In this document: positions 37,293 to 51,546 of the stretch, piece by piece | Numbering within the stretch: the first letter of the stretch is position 1 | How the letters are laid out: each line of letters begins with the position of its first letter | Origin: Octopus vulgaris | Taxonomy: Eukaryota | Direction of reading: 5' to 3' | DNA length: 64,000 nucleotides | NCBI GenBank assembly: GCA_951406725.2 | Contig: OX597817.1 | Location: forward strand, 76,198,001 to 76,262,000 | Program-made: the position numbers and the translations under genes | Notes under the pieces: model-generated | Told to the model about the DNA's origin: nothing | What the model saw: only the letters and a program-made list of their open reading frames with translations | Databases searched by the model: none

Positions 37293-38281
37293 TGTGTTGA
37301 AATTTAGTTAACCCATGACAAATGACGACAAAATAGTAAATTAGTTGTTGGAAACTGAAAAAATTATCAGGGAGCTAGATAAATAATATGGAACTGTATT
37401 ACCTACATAAATAATGTTTAATCAATCAGGGATTTCGACAGAAATATGGTGAATTCCCTAACTGCTGAAGAATTTTTCTTCCTGAAGTGTATTTAATCAA
37501 TGTTAGCTTTGTAATTGTGGAATCTATTGCACCATTGTCAAAGATATACTCACATAAGCAGTGTAATACTTCAGGCAAGCGGATATCTCGTCACTTTAGT
37601 TGCACTTATACTGGTTAAAGTATGAAATTTGTTCCTTCCTGTGTCATTTATTAATGTCTATGTGGACTAGACAGTTTCAAAATTGAATGTATTGACTATC
37701 GACTTACTCGGTGTCGGTAGCATGATACATACTGCCGACCACTTCATTGTAGACAAACATTGAAATATAATCCATTTATCGTTTGATGACTAGATGAGAG
37801 CACTATTCATGACATAAAATAAAAGTAATTACATGAATTAAAATAAATTTAAGAACACCGAATAAAATAGAGCTAAATTCAAAGAATCACATTAGGACAG
37901 TTTGTGAGAAATCAAGAGGAAATGTTTCTATACAATTTATAGAGTCTGTAACGTGTCGAACTTCAATAGAACGTGGTATTAGACATTTTGGTTTTGCAAA
38001 AGATTCGACGAATAGCTTAAAATAAATACTTTTATCACACGAAATCTTGCTTTATTTTGAGAGAAAACAAATGCTAAAGAGGTATTTAGACAGTTTAACA
38101 AATTAATGCTTCAGTTTGTATGAATAAAAAGAGCTAAATGATCTGACAGTAAAGATTCTGAAGTAAAAATACGACTATTTAGTTTGTTTCATAAAAGAAA
38201 TTGTGGCATTTAGTATAAGAACTAACAACGGCTTAAGATGTAGCTCAAAAACAGACTTCAGACATTTTGTTATGAAAGAAT

Positions 38282-38519
38282 GGGGATGATTTTAAGATGG
38301 TCATATTTGTAGAGAACTTTTAACTGCTAGAAATAAAGAATTCAATGAGAGAGTCTCTCAAAGCTTACACTAGCTGATCTGCTGGAAGTAGCTACCAAAT
38401 GGGGATGATTTTAAGATGGTCATATTTGTAGAGAACTTTTAACTGCTAGAAATAATGAATTCAATGAGAGAGTCTCTCAAAGCTTACACTAGCTGATCTG
38501 CTGGAAGTAGCTACCAAAT
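38282..38519 (+). repeat. 119-bp direct tandem duplication
   Basis: 38282-38400 and 38401-38519, nearly identical (AATAAAGAA vs AATAATGAA). Confidence 0.95.
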
Positions 38520-38895
38520 ATTAAAATCGTAACGTAAATAGAATGACGCATTGTGTAATGTAGTAAGTACTTTATGCACTGTCTGGATTGCCAGTTTGAA
38601 GTCTTTGATCACAGGTTTGATCGTTCGAGTCACAAGGAAATCCTACTCCTCGCGCATTGGTTGGTAATATGCACGATAATTTCGTTAATTGTTTTAGATG
38701 CTGGTATTATCGGGAGCAAAGACAAATATGAGATAATGATAAGAGTAATTTAAAACGGATCCAGTACTTAATTTGTATTTATGCCTTCGACTCCAAGATG
38801 ATAGAAAGCGAGGACCACATCACTGTTATTTCAGTTCAGAATTTAGGGATATATAAATTAATGACGAAAGGGACACTTTGTTCACTGCTATTTTT

Positions 38896-39893
38896 TTTAT
38901 TTATTTATTTTATTTATTTATCTAGTTTCAGCTCACAAGCTGTGGCCATGCTGGGGCACCATCATTTGATGTTGCTACATGATTTTACTTCACGAATGCT
39001 TTTTAGCAATTGCCATTTGGTGCATGAGAGAGTTCGATGCAGCTGCCCACATCTGCACATCCTGCCGTGAAGTTGGTTCATCTGGGATACCTGACAAGAA
39101 GAGATCCAGTTTCATTTTAAAGACATCTGCATCCACCCCATGCAAGTCTCTTAGGTTCTTTGGGAGGATATTGAAGAGCTGTGGGCCTCGGAAGTCCAGG
39201 CTATCACAGTATCTTGTCCTACATCTTGATGGCAAATTTGGAGTCCTTGGCACTATGCAGTGGCGCCCAGTTCTGGCATTTGTGTAACTCTCGATGCCAA
39301 AGTTTGGGACAAGTCCTTCTAGGATTTTCCAGATATATATTATGGCATATCTTTCTCGCCTACGTTCTAAGGAATAGAGTCTCAATCACTTGAGTCTTTC
39401 CCAATAGCTTATATGCTGCACAGAGGCTATCTTCTTCGTGTAGCTTCGTTGGATCGCCTCAAGTTCTGTGATTAACTTGACACTGGATGGTGACCATAGC
39501 TGAGAGCAATAGTCAAAGTGGCTTAGGACAAGTGTCCTCCAGAGGACCATCATGGTTTCCTGGTTTCTTGTTTTGAAGGTTCTAAGAATCCATCCGGTCA
39601 GCCGCCTACATTTCATTGCCAATTTAGCAACATGCACTTGAAAGGTTGCATCATCACTCATGTAAATACCCAGGTCTCGCACTGATTGTGCCTCTGGGAT
39701 TGCAGTCCCTCCAGGTCCACTGTATTTATTGGGTATTGCATTTAGTTTTGCGTGCTGATAGCATAGAGCTTGAAACTTTTCAGCATTGAACTGCATGCTA
39801 TTCTTTTCAGCCCACTTGTATATTTTGTCCAGCTCACATTGCAGGTTCTTAATGTCTTCAGGGTTCTGTATTGCCTGTGAAACTTTTGTATCA
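38896..39893 (-). pseudogene. 5'-truncated CR1/L2-group LINE (RT C-terminus and 3' tail)
   Basis: DTKVSQAI..LQCELDKIYKWAEKNSMQFNAEKFQ..VRDLGI..LSHFDYCSQLWSP..LEAIQRSYTKKI..RLYSLERRRERY, followed by a stem-loop and (TAAA)n tail. Confidence 0.88.
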
Positions 39894-40289
39894 GTTTTGT
39901 TATACCGGTTATGCAATACAATATCGTTATCAGAAAGAAAAAGCTTTATTTTCTGGTGTAAAGCTAGCAATTTTATGAGGCGGGTATTAATGGTTTTGCT
40001 AGTTTCTCCCCTTAATAATAATGGTTTCAAATTTTCGTCCAAGGCCAGAAATTTTGGGAAACAGGGTGAGTCGATTATATCGGACTCCAGTGCTGGCAGA
40101 ATCCTTAGAGCGTCAGAAAAATGCTATGCAACGCTTGTTCTGGATTTTAACGTTCTAAGTTCAAATGCCACCGTGCTTTGCTTGTCATTTTTTCGAAGTC
40201 GATGAAACAAATCTACTTATCCCTCTGTTCAAAATTTCTGGCTTTGTGCCAAAATTAGAAAGAGTTATAATTAAGGGTGGGAAGGCTGG

Positions 40290-40710
40290 AAGCTGCCAGA
40301 AACATTAGTACGCCGGGCGAAATGCTTAGCAGTATTTCGTCTGCCTTTACGTTCTGAGTTCAAATTCCGCCGAGGTCGACTTTGCCTTTCATCCTTCGGG
40401 GTCGATAAATTAGATACCAGTTACGCACTGGGGTCGATGTATTCGATTTAGTCTCCTTGTCTGTTCTTGTTTGTCCCCTCTATGTTTAGCCCCTTCTGTG
40501 CAATAAAGAAATAAGAATCGTCAGCACACCGGGCAAAATGCTTAGCATATTTCGTTCGTCTTTACGTTCTTAGTTCAAATTTCGCCGGGGTCGACTTTGC
40601 CTTTCATCATTTCAGGATCTATAGATAAATACCTGTCAAGCACTGGGGTCGATGTAATCGGCATACCCCCACCTCGAGAAATTGCTGGCGTTGTACCAAA
40701 ATTTGAAAGC
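40290..40710 (+). mobile_element. Tandem SINE family A copies
   Basis: Family A core occurs twice. Confidence 0.85.
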
Positions 40711-41204
40711 GTTATTTCTGTTGTTATTGTTGTTTTTGTTATTTGTAAATTGTAAAACCTTCCCATTAGATTGTTATTAATGGCTAAATCGTGAATCAAA
40801 TGACAAAAAAATATCCGTATATTATTATTGCTAATATTTTTTCTCCTATAATTTTTCAAATGAATATATTATGAGTAAACTGATGTTTTTCATCTAAATA
40901 TTGGTTTTAATATCAATTACTCTCAGTTTCTTTTTAAATTGTTTTTTTATTATTGTTTGATTATTGATCATAAAGTCACATTTTGTTATCATTGTTGCTG
41001 ACGTGGAAACAACAATTATAATTGCTGTTACTACCACGATAAAGTTTTACATAAGTAATGTCCTGAAAATTCAATTAACTGGGAGTGTTTGAATTATACA
41101 ATCTAGAAGCGAGGGATTTAACTTTAATAAGGCCAATAGATTGAATTCTCTTCCTCCTCTGTCTACCGCTGCTAATGCTGCTGGTGATACTGTTCTTGCT
41201 GCTG

Positions 41205-41240
<36 letters not shown>

Positions 41241-41348
41241 GAATCTGTAACTCTACGGCCATTGCATTCTACTAGCAGCGGTAGCAGCAAAGATAATCCC
41301 GTTTCTATTATCGCTACCAAGTTAATATTTGTACCGCTCCTAAGAAAA

Positions 41349-41395
<47 letters not shown>

Positions 41396-41704
41396 AAATC
41401 TTCACCGTAATCTTCTGATTTCAAGTCTATAAATTTAGAACTGTATATAAATTTAGATTCGTTACTAATGCCGGCTAGAATTGACACATCACATGGTGTT
41501 TTTCAGCGACATTTAGAGAGAAAATGGCTGAGAGAAGTTAAAGGTAAGAGAAATGAAAAGAAGAGAAACCAGTGAAAATGAAGTGAAGAGAAAAATAAAG
41601 GTGAAATGAAGACTGGAGTACGATTACTGAACTGACAGTACGATTAGAAGATAAACGTCAATTCAAACTCGTCGGTGACACGATTGAAAGATTGAATGTA
41701 AAAT

Positions 41705-41846
41705 CTATTTCCTTCCGTTACTTCCAGTATCCATAATGTTTGGAGACACAGCATACATATGAATGGGTAACGGAATAGTTCCTTTTGTTGGAGTGGTTGG
41801 TGATTGGTTAGTTTGGCGTATCTTGTAGTGTGCTTCGAACGTGCTC
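41705..41846 (-). other. Candidate terminal exon of an unknown host gene
   Basis: GCTTTCAG acceptor followed by open frame STFEAHYKIRQTNQSPTTPTKGTIPLPIHMYAVSPNIMDTGSNGRK*, in non-repetitive sequence. Confidence 0.3.
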
Positions 41847-41902
41847 CTGAAAGCGATCAGCAAGACAAAGCTTTGTAATTCCAGTAATATACAGAACACC
41901 GT

Positions 41903-42970
41903 AAGGCGGCAGGTTGGCAGGGCGTTAATACGCTAGGCAAAATACTCAGCGGCATTTCGTCCGTCTTTCCATTCTGAGTTCAAATTCCGCCAAGGTTGCT
42001 TTTGCCTTTCATCCTCTTAGGGTCGATAAAATAAGCAACAGTTGAGCACTGGGGTCGATGTAATCGACTTACCTCTCCACCACAATTGCTGGCCCTGCAC
42101 CAGAATTTGAAACCAGTATTTAATATCTCCATAAGGCGACGAACTTGCTGAATCGTTAACATATCGAGCAAAATGCTTAGCGACATTTCGTCTGTCTCTG
42201 CGTTTTGAGCTAAAATTCTGCCGAGGTCGACTTTACCTTTCATCTTTGTGGCGGTGGGGAGTTGATAACATAAGTATCATCTGATTACTGTAGTCGATGT
42301 AATCGACTTACCCCTTCCCCTGGAGTTGCTGGCCTTGTGTAAAAATTTGAAACCTGTATTTGATATCTCCATAGGCGCAGGAGTGGCTGTCTGGTAAGTA
42401 GCTTGCTAACCAACCACATAGTTCTGGGTTCAGTCCCACTGCGTGGCACCTTGGGCAAGTGTCTTCTACTATAGCCTCGGGCCGACCAAGGCCTTGTGAG
42501 TGGATTTGGTGTGTGTGTGTGTGTGTGTGTGTATATGTTTGTGCGTTTGTGTTTGTCCCCCCAACATCGCTTGACAACCGATGGTGGTGTGTTTACGTCG
42601 CCGTAACCTAGCTGTTCGGCAAAAGAAGACTGATAGAATAAGTACTAGGCTTACAAAAATAAGCCTTGGGGTCGATTTGCTCGACTAAAGGCGGTGCTCC
42701 AGCAAGACTGCAGTGAAATGACTGAAACAAGTAAAAAGAGTAAAGGGTATAAGGCGACGAGCTGGCTGAATCATTAACATGCCGGGCAAAATGCTTAGCG
42801 GCATTTCGACCATCTTTACATTCTAAGTTTAAATTCCGCCGAGGTTGACTTTGCCTTAGGCTCGATAAAAAGCATACCAGCTGAATACTGGGATCGATTA
42901 ATTGACTTACCTCTCCCCCGGAGTTGCCGGCCTTGTTCCAAAATTTGAAGCCAGTATTTAATATCTCCAT
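41903..42970 (+). mobile_element. SINE cluster A-A-B-A, including an uninterrupted family B copy (42373-42750)
   Basis: The B copy shows the empty target GGTAAGTAGCTTGCTAACCAACCACAT. Confidence 0.88.
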
Positions 42971-44755
42971 AAGACGCAAGTTTGCTCATGATGCAACACA
43001 TGTGGCTTAAATATCCGTTTCATGCGTTATTGCTTAAAATTTATAGCTATTTCTTTTGTCCAATACATGCTTGAAACAAAGCATTTATATTATTTTTATT
43101 TATATTATTTGCACTTTAACTTTTAGTCAGAAGTAAAGCAAAGTTCATGACCCTTTACAGGGCATCTGAGACTAATGTGAGGAAGTGAGGGAGGAGGTAT
43201 CTTTAAACAGGAATAAATGTCAAAAGCTAAAGACACATAAGTTGCCTGATGGTGGTGCTAATGTAGGCAGTGTATTATATTTAACACTCAAATAGGCAAC
43301 TGCAAGATTGGAAATCAGAACGCAAAAAAACTGAGAAAGGGATATAGTATATATAAATAAGAAATATGATGCACTGGTCAACCTCCTTTTCATAAAAAAT
43401 TACTCATGGCTGATCAGTTGCCATGTGATCATATCTATCCGCACACTTCTGCAACAAATAAATATGATTTTTTAGTTTCAATTTACTTTTCAATGAAACG
43501 AATATCAGACATATTTACACAGACAATCGATCTGCGCTCGCCCATGCGCGCACATCGGTAAAATTATCCACACACATACTGCCATTGGCTTCTATAAATA
43601 TAAGTTAACAGAAACAAGATCCCGTTCAATGAAACCTAATCACTCCCATGTTAACACATCTCAGTCAAATAAATACAATTTCTAATTTTCATAGAACAAA
43701 AAATAAAAATGTTAATACTCATAAGATACACGCACATACATATATGCACACACATACACACCTATATACTGAGGGAGGGAAAGAAAGAGACTGTAAGACA
43801 AGAATTAATGTGTAAACATCAGATATTATGGTAAATACGAGCTCAGTTAATTGCAAATCTTAAAACCCCCAACACGTTATTACAATACTGTATATCCCTG
43901 TGGAACAAATTTTAATTAATTAATTATGGATCTTAATTAATTAATGAGAGAAATATGGATGTTTATTTTTAGTGATCCAGCTGTTCATCTCAATCAAATT
44001 ATGAAATATATGTAAAATTTCTGTTTTTCTGCTTTTTATACACACGCATACACACACAAACACACACACAAAAACGCACATACACACATCTGTCTAGTAC
44101 TCTGGATACAACTTTAAACTGCAAGCATTAGTGAGGCCGGGGTTCGGAGTTTTGAGGAGTATCGAACCACATCTTAGTAACTATTGTTCTTAGAGTTACT
44201 CTGACCCGGTGTAGCAGAACTTGTTGTGGGTGCTACTTAGCTATGGGTAAAATAGCATGTAACCACCCAAGCCAGGGTACATTGAAATCAGGGGAGGCAC
44301 CATGGTAAAAGCGAACTATTTCAGTAAATGAATGTTACTGAGTAACCCGATTTTTCTCCTTGGGTAGCAACTGTTATTTCCTATTTGCTTACCCATATAG
44401 AGTATGAAACATGGCTAGTATTTCCTTCAGACTTTGTTTTCTGTTACATTTATTAAAACCCAGAAGAATCCCTCCCAACACATGTCTATGATGCTCCCCA
44501 TCGCTCCTGCTCATGATAATAGAGATGCACATATTGTCAGCGACTAAGAGGTATGCTCAAGTGGTTAAGGACCAGTAACTGTCAAGCAAATCTGTGGTAC
44601 TCAGCAGAATATTCGCTATAAAGATATTTCTGTTTTGTGCATGGCATTTATCATTCATCGAAGTTAGATACATGCCAAGCACCGCTCTTGTAATTCTGTT
44701 CAGATTAAAACTGAAACGGTATGCATACACACCATACACACATAGACAAATATAT

Positions 44756-44805
<50 letters not shown>

Positions 44806-45311
44806 CTAGCAGTATCGCCCGGCGTTGCTCGGGTTTGTAAGGGAAATAACTATATAAGCATTTTTAGAGAGTTACTTCCCTTATAGATGCCAATTCGGGC
44901 TTTCTTAGCCATTTCTGTTTTGGTGTCTTCAAGCCATGAAGTCGTTGTTCTAAAAGAACGCTGGTCTCCTTGACAACGCATTACGACGTTGATTTCCTTA
45001 AACTCCCTTCACGAGGGAGGGAAGAAGGGGAAGAAGCAAACACAGGTGCAGATGTTTGAGCGTGGACGCCATCTCCGCCGCCATCGACACACGAAAAATT
45101 ATGCATTAAAATGGAATAAAAAATGATGTTAAATTATTTTTAAAATCGTAGACTCATCGTAGACGCGCGCTAATAGCCAGACGGGCTCGATATTAATCAC
45201 GACTATAAAATACCCGAATTTGGTTAAACTGCACCGCAAAATGTGGGAGGAGTTAGGAATCTAAATCGTAGGAGACAGACACTCACACAACTACATTTTT
45301 ACATATATAGA
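44806..45311 (-). mobile_element. Non-autonomous Helitron-like element
   Basis: Minus strand starts A|TC and ends CTAG|T. Subterminal hairpin CCCG-AGCAACGC-CGGG lies just before the end. No TSD. Confidence 0.8.
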
Positions 45312-46331
45312 TATATATATAAGATTACATTGTCTAATGTTGTTTTGCATTTAATACAACTGTGCGGTTTAAGGGTATTCGATTTCTATTTCTAGAAGCT
45401 TAAGCGTCTATGTAGTGACTCCTCTGTTGAATAAGATTTATATTCTATGGTTTCTTTAACTATAAAGTTTCGAGATACCTGACAGCAATTGGTCGATGTG
45501 TTATATTCGGCTCATCGATTTTTTATTATAACAACAAAGGGTGTAAAAAATTAGTTTTTGATGATAACAAGTGTAAATATATGTTATAAAATACCGAGAG
45601 CAATTAATGAAAAGCAAAGAAAAAGAACTGATATTAAAAATCAACGATGATAACTGTAATCGTATTGTTTTGTGAATAACATGGTATTTCTAATAATGAT
45701 ATTAAATAAAAACATGATTAATGGATGAATAGAGAGGTGCTAAAAGTGAAAAAAATATATATTATATATAGGTGTAAGTGTCTGACCGTGTGGTAAAATT
45801 TTCTTTACAGCCGGAAGCTTTTTAGTTCAGACCCTTTGCGTGCCGTATTTGATGTATAGCCATGTAACCACACACGTGATTTTTCCTGGACATTTTTACT
45901 TCTCTGGACTTGTCTTTTCTTCTTTTTCTGATGAAAAGCCATACTTGAAACGTTATATACTCACCCTTTTCCCCACATTTACTATAATCTAATCTAATTA
46001 CTATGATCTAATATATTCTGTGTGAACGTACTTTTGACTTTCGTTGTTCGGTTATTTGTATTTTATTTCGATTTGCCTCTCTCTCTCTCTCGCTACATAT
46101 ATTTATATCTATCTATCTCTCTCTCTATATATATATATTGACATCCAGAAGACCCAAGATGGTAGGTAAGGCTATGTAGAAGCTATAGAAAGACCGTATT
46201 TAAACTCTCGGTTCGATAATAATACGAACGAGGAGTCTAATACGGGTCTTTCATGAGCATGTATATGTTAAATAAAATGAGAGAACAAAGACAAGGCAGT
46301 GTGGAATTTTCAGGACATTTATAAAAAGAAA

Positions 46332-46387
46332 GATAGTCTTACATCTTTTTTCTGGGATATTAGAGATATCCCTTCATCAGAGACGAT
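46332..46387 (-). ncRNA. Type I hammerhead ribozyme motif (degenerate helix III)
   Basis: Minus strand GTCT-CTGATGA-A-GGGATAT..ATATCCC-A-GAAA-AAAGAT-GTA-AGAC. Confidence 0.65.
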
Positions 46388-46949
46388 GTGAGATGGTCAA
46401 ATAAGGGGAAGTAGTAGAGTGTAATATAAGGAGTTATTTTGGAAAAGGAAGGAAATAAGAAGTATAGAGGGAAATAAAAGAATAAAAGTAAAAACAAAAG
46501 ATATATGTAGGATGTTATAGTTACTGTTCCATTATGTAAGGAAAGTGATGTGTAGAAGTGGTAGAAATGCTTCTTCTTAATGGTATGTGAATTCCGATAG
46601 TTCATATTTTGTCATTAAAAGATAAAAAATGTGGAGACGTAGATTGCATGTGGTCTTCGTTGAATGAAGAGTTCCATAACCTGCCGAAATGTGAATAGTC
46701 TACGTGGTTGAAAACGTATGGAACATGCACAGGTGATTAGATCATAGACATGTAGTGAAGGAGATTCCTCTTTCCATTTGAAAGGAATTGATGGTTATTT
46801 ATTTTTTCCACATTGTCAGCGCGTTCAAGAAAGAGCTTTATTTGGATTTATTGAAGCATTTGAAGGTAGTCGTGTGCAAAATGCTCGTGCCATGGACAAA
46901 AACAGTCGAGATACTGCAAAACACACACGCGCGCGCACACACACAAACG

Positions 46950-47315
46950 TCTTTTCATTTTTCATCTTCCACTTGTTTCAGTCATTAGACTGCGGCTATG
47001 CTGGGGCACCGCCTTGAAGATTTTTTAGTCGAATGAATCAACCCCAGTATTTAGTGTTTTTGTGAAACCTGATACTTATTCTATCAGACACTTTTGCCGA
47101 ACCGCTACGTTACGGGGACGTGAATGCACTAACAACGGTGAAAGACACACACATAGATATATATACCGCGGGCTTCTTTCAGTTTTCGTCTACCGAATGC
47201 ACTGACAAGGATTTCGAAGGCCCGAGGCCATAGCTGAAGATACTTGGCCAAGATGACATGCAGCGGGAGTGAACCTGGAATCATGTGGCTGGGAAGTAAG
47301 CTTCTTGCCACTGGG
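46950..47315 (-). mobile_element. SINE family B
   Basis: Reverse complement of the family B head and tail. Confidence 0.8.
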
Positions 47316-47325
47316 CTACACACAT

Positions 47326-47403
<78 letters not shown>

Positions 47404-49079
47404 CCACACACACATGATATACATCGTGTTAGTACAATTCATCGCAAAGTCAATTCGCCATCAGCATGCATGTATGAATATCATGGGTTATTTCGTTTTG
47501 TTATTCTCATTTCAACTGTTTAATGCTAGGTTTGGCTTCAGTTCAAATTGGGCTCACGAAAAAGGCTTTGTGTCGAATAATTGCTGATTTTCGAGCTGTG
47601 GCGTAAAGCGAACGTAAGTTCTAAGGACGTAGGAGAGATAACTCGTGACGAATTATATCTTGACTATAACAAACAGCAGAAGAAATTATTTAAGTAAAGT
47701 AAACAGCCAAAAGAAAGGATAGAAAAATATCAAGAAACGTATTAGAAATATGATAGGCAAGTATAATCTTGTAAAAAAATATATTAATTTCCTGAAAGAT
47801 CATAATCTGAAATTTTAATATCTTAATGTTTCTTATTAAATTTTTGAGTTAGCATTTTTGTGTTCTTGTTAAATTTCATAATGAATAATTTTAAATAAAA
47901 ACTCAATTTTAATTTATTATTACATTTATTATTTATGCAATGAAACCATTTACATGAGGTAAATGTTCTTTTACAAAAATATCTACAGTAAAATAATGGA
48001 ATGAATCTGAAGAGAAGGTAAAATTTTCTTTTTGGTTGTTTGTTTATTATTGATGCTATTAGATTTTCGATACTACATTCCAATTTTCGGTGTCTCTACG
48101 TCTAATATCAACACCAAAAAGAATATTTGTATTTGTTAACGTTGGATGAACACCTGTTTCATAACTTGATAATATTCTGACTTGAATACTGGCGACAGAA
48201 GTTGTATTAATGTCAAAAGGTAATTTCGATCGCCAACGTAATGTGGATGGTCTGTTAGAACATAGACTACTGCGTTAATTACCTCGAGAAGAACTCTCAT
48301 CAGGACTCGCGGTGACAGAATAAGAGACCGATAGAATAAGTACCAGGCTTACAGAGAATAAACCTAGGGGTCGATTCCTTCGATTAAAAGGCGGTGATCC
48401 AGCATGGCCACAGTTAACCTAACTGAAACAAGTGAAAGACTATATATGCGCTCACATATGCACACACGCATACACACATACACACACGCACGCTCGCACA
48501 AACACACACACATACACATATGCATATATCAATTTTAAATATCTCACATAGCTTATATAAGGAAAAAATTATTTCTTGATTCTGAGGAAGAGGAAAAACT
48601 GAACAAGAAAAGGAAAAATAGAAAAAAAAAAGAACCGGACAATAAAAAGTGACAAAAAAAAAAGACGAAGCAGAGGGCAAAAAAAATAAAAGCAAACATC
48701 AAGAGAAAACGGAAGACAAGAATAAAAGCAAAAAATAGGAGAATCTCGATGAAATACATTGTATCTGATTACGTAGTAGGTTAGTCCAGGAAGTGGGTTG
48801 TTTTTAAAAGGAGAAAGGGAGATAGTTAAAAGAGATCGGAAAGTTTAAATAGACGCAGAGAAATAATGAGAGAAAATAGCGCGAGGGGTACGTGGGCTGG
48901 GCAATGCCACATACAGATTTTGATTACTCTCTGGCAAGGGAAATTTGATAGGAAGCCATATATATGTATTTTATGCATGTATACATAGATACAAAAATAT
49001 ACACGTATACATACATACATACATACATACACACATACACACACACGCACACATACACACTCATATATATAAATATAAG

Positions 49080-49118
<39 letters not shown>

Positions 49119-49580
49119 TTATAATGCACGAAAGAGAAAGTGAGACAGAGACAGAGAGAGCGAAGGTATGTGTGTGAACGAGGGAGAGAGATTGCATATA
49201 TAACTGAGCACACGTAGGCTTTTTCGTGATTGCATTAAATTATTTTTGTCTCCTTTCTTCTCTTCGCAGGTGGTCCTGGACTTTTCTCTTACATATAACA
49301 ATGTATTACCAAAAGGTAATAGCTTTTACCCCATCCGTTCTTCCTTCTGCGCCAAAGTAATAATATTGACTGTGAACCACTCTTATACTTTTGTAGCTTT
49401 GTGCCTTTTGGTTACATTTGTTTATGTATATATTACTATATATGTTACTGCTAGTTTAATCCTAGGCAGATTTTCCGCTAGCTGGTTATCGGTGCCGCCT
49501 ACACGATGAACATATATATTGCTCTGAAATTTATATACTACTCTGATCTATTCTTTACGTTTTACAACTAGCTAGTTTGC

Positions 49581-49654
<74 letters not shown>

Positions 49655-49681
49655 ACACACACTCACATATATACACATATA

Positions 49682-50140
<459 letters not shown>

Positions 50141-51514
50141 TAAACGAATATACATTTATGTATATGTATATAAGTGTATGTGAAGGCGAGTGACCTTGAG
50201 TTTAGTGAGTCGCACTCATGATCGCTAGGTCGTGGATTCGATTCCCTGACTGGACGGTACATTGTGTTCTTGAGCGAAACACTTCATTTCACTTTGTTCT
50301 GCGGGAGAGAGAGAGAGTGTGTGTGTGTGATAGAATCGTTGCCGCGGTAGCTGAAAGGCTTTGCAGTATATCTTTCGGTTCTCTGTATTCTGAGTTCAAA
50401 TCTGTGTTCATCTCAAGTCTAATCATAGTAGCCGGAGTTCCAGTAATCTACTTGTCGGTGCCAAGGGAGAAGACGGGACCTCCCGGTCGCATAGAGAGTC
50501 CCGGAGAAGGTTCGCATACACAAGACCTATGCAAGGGCAGGCCACCAATGGACAAGATATCCATCTTTCTTTCTATCTATGTATTTATCTATCTAAATGT
50601 GTGTGTGTGTTTGCATGTATGTGTATGCGTATGTATATATACATATACTACGTTAATGAACCTGAAAACCCCCAAGAAAGGTTAATCAGAGTTTCCCAGT
50701 ATTTAGATTATTCTGAATTATGCAGCTTTAATATAATAGCATTTTGCCCTATCTTTGGTGTTCGAGTACTACTTACTGGACGGCTACTCTGGTTGGGTCA
50801 TAAAATCTCAAACCTTCAAATTTATTTTCTTTATTTGAGACACCCATGAATTGAAAACATTGTGCGAGAAATACCTCGGATGACGACACCTTGATAATAT
50901 TTCAGACTACGTTTTAGAGACATTGCCAGATGCTTCAATACATGAATTGCTTTGATAAGCAAAGGCTATAATGCTGTGATCCGCTGATATATCACTGCAA
51001 GACATTTATTCTCGTCCTTCATCCCTGAATTTCCAGATAAATTGGGAAAATAGAAGTACAGTATTTCCTGTTATATGACCGAAAAGAATGTTGATTCAGA
51101 TGATAACTCTTGAAACATTTGGACGAAAGCCCTTGTATTAAATTTCTATGATGTCCTATCTGCGACGATACTCGTTAAACAATATTTTCTATATAACAGA
51201 ATTTACAAACCGGACAGACAAATGTGTGTTAATATACGCACAAATGCCCATATATAATTTAGATATGCGTGTTTATGTATGTAGACTCGTATGTCTGTCA
51301 CAAAAGCATGGTTCCTATTTGCATTGTGTTATTGATCAAAATGCTTCATTTCAAGTGGTTCTGCGATCATTGGGACAGCTTAGTGTGGTACACATTGGAC
51401 CTGTATAGGTAATGCCAAAGTCGAGTTGATGGAAGGCGGGAGCTTAATAGACCTGTAAAAGTCGTAGACCTCGCTCGACTTTGTCTAACATTTCTGAGTG
51501 CATGTATATGCGTT

Positions 51515-51546
<32 letters not shown>

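Noticed and set aside
39894-40042. N-terminal extension of the 218-aa LINE ORF
   Set aside because: Upstream of DTKV the sequence is unrelated flank, open by chance. The LINE is 5'-truncated.
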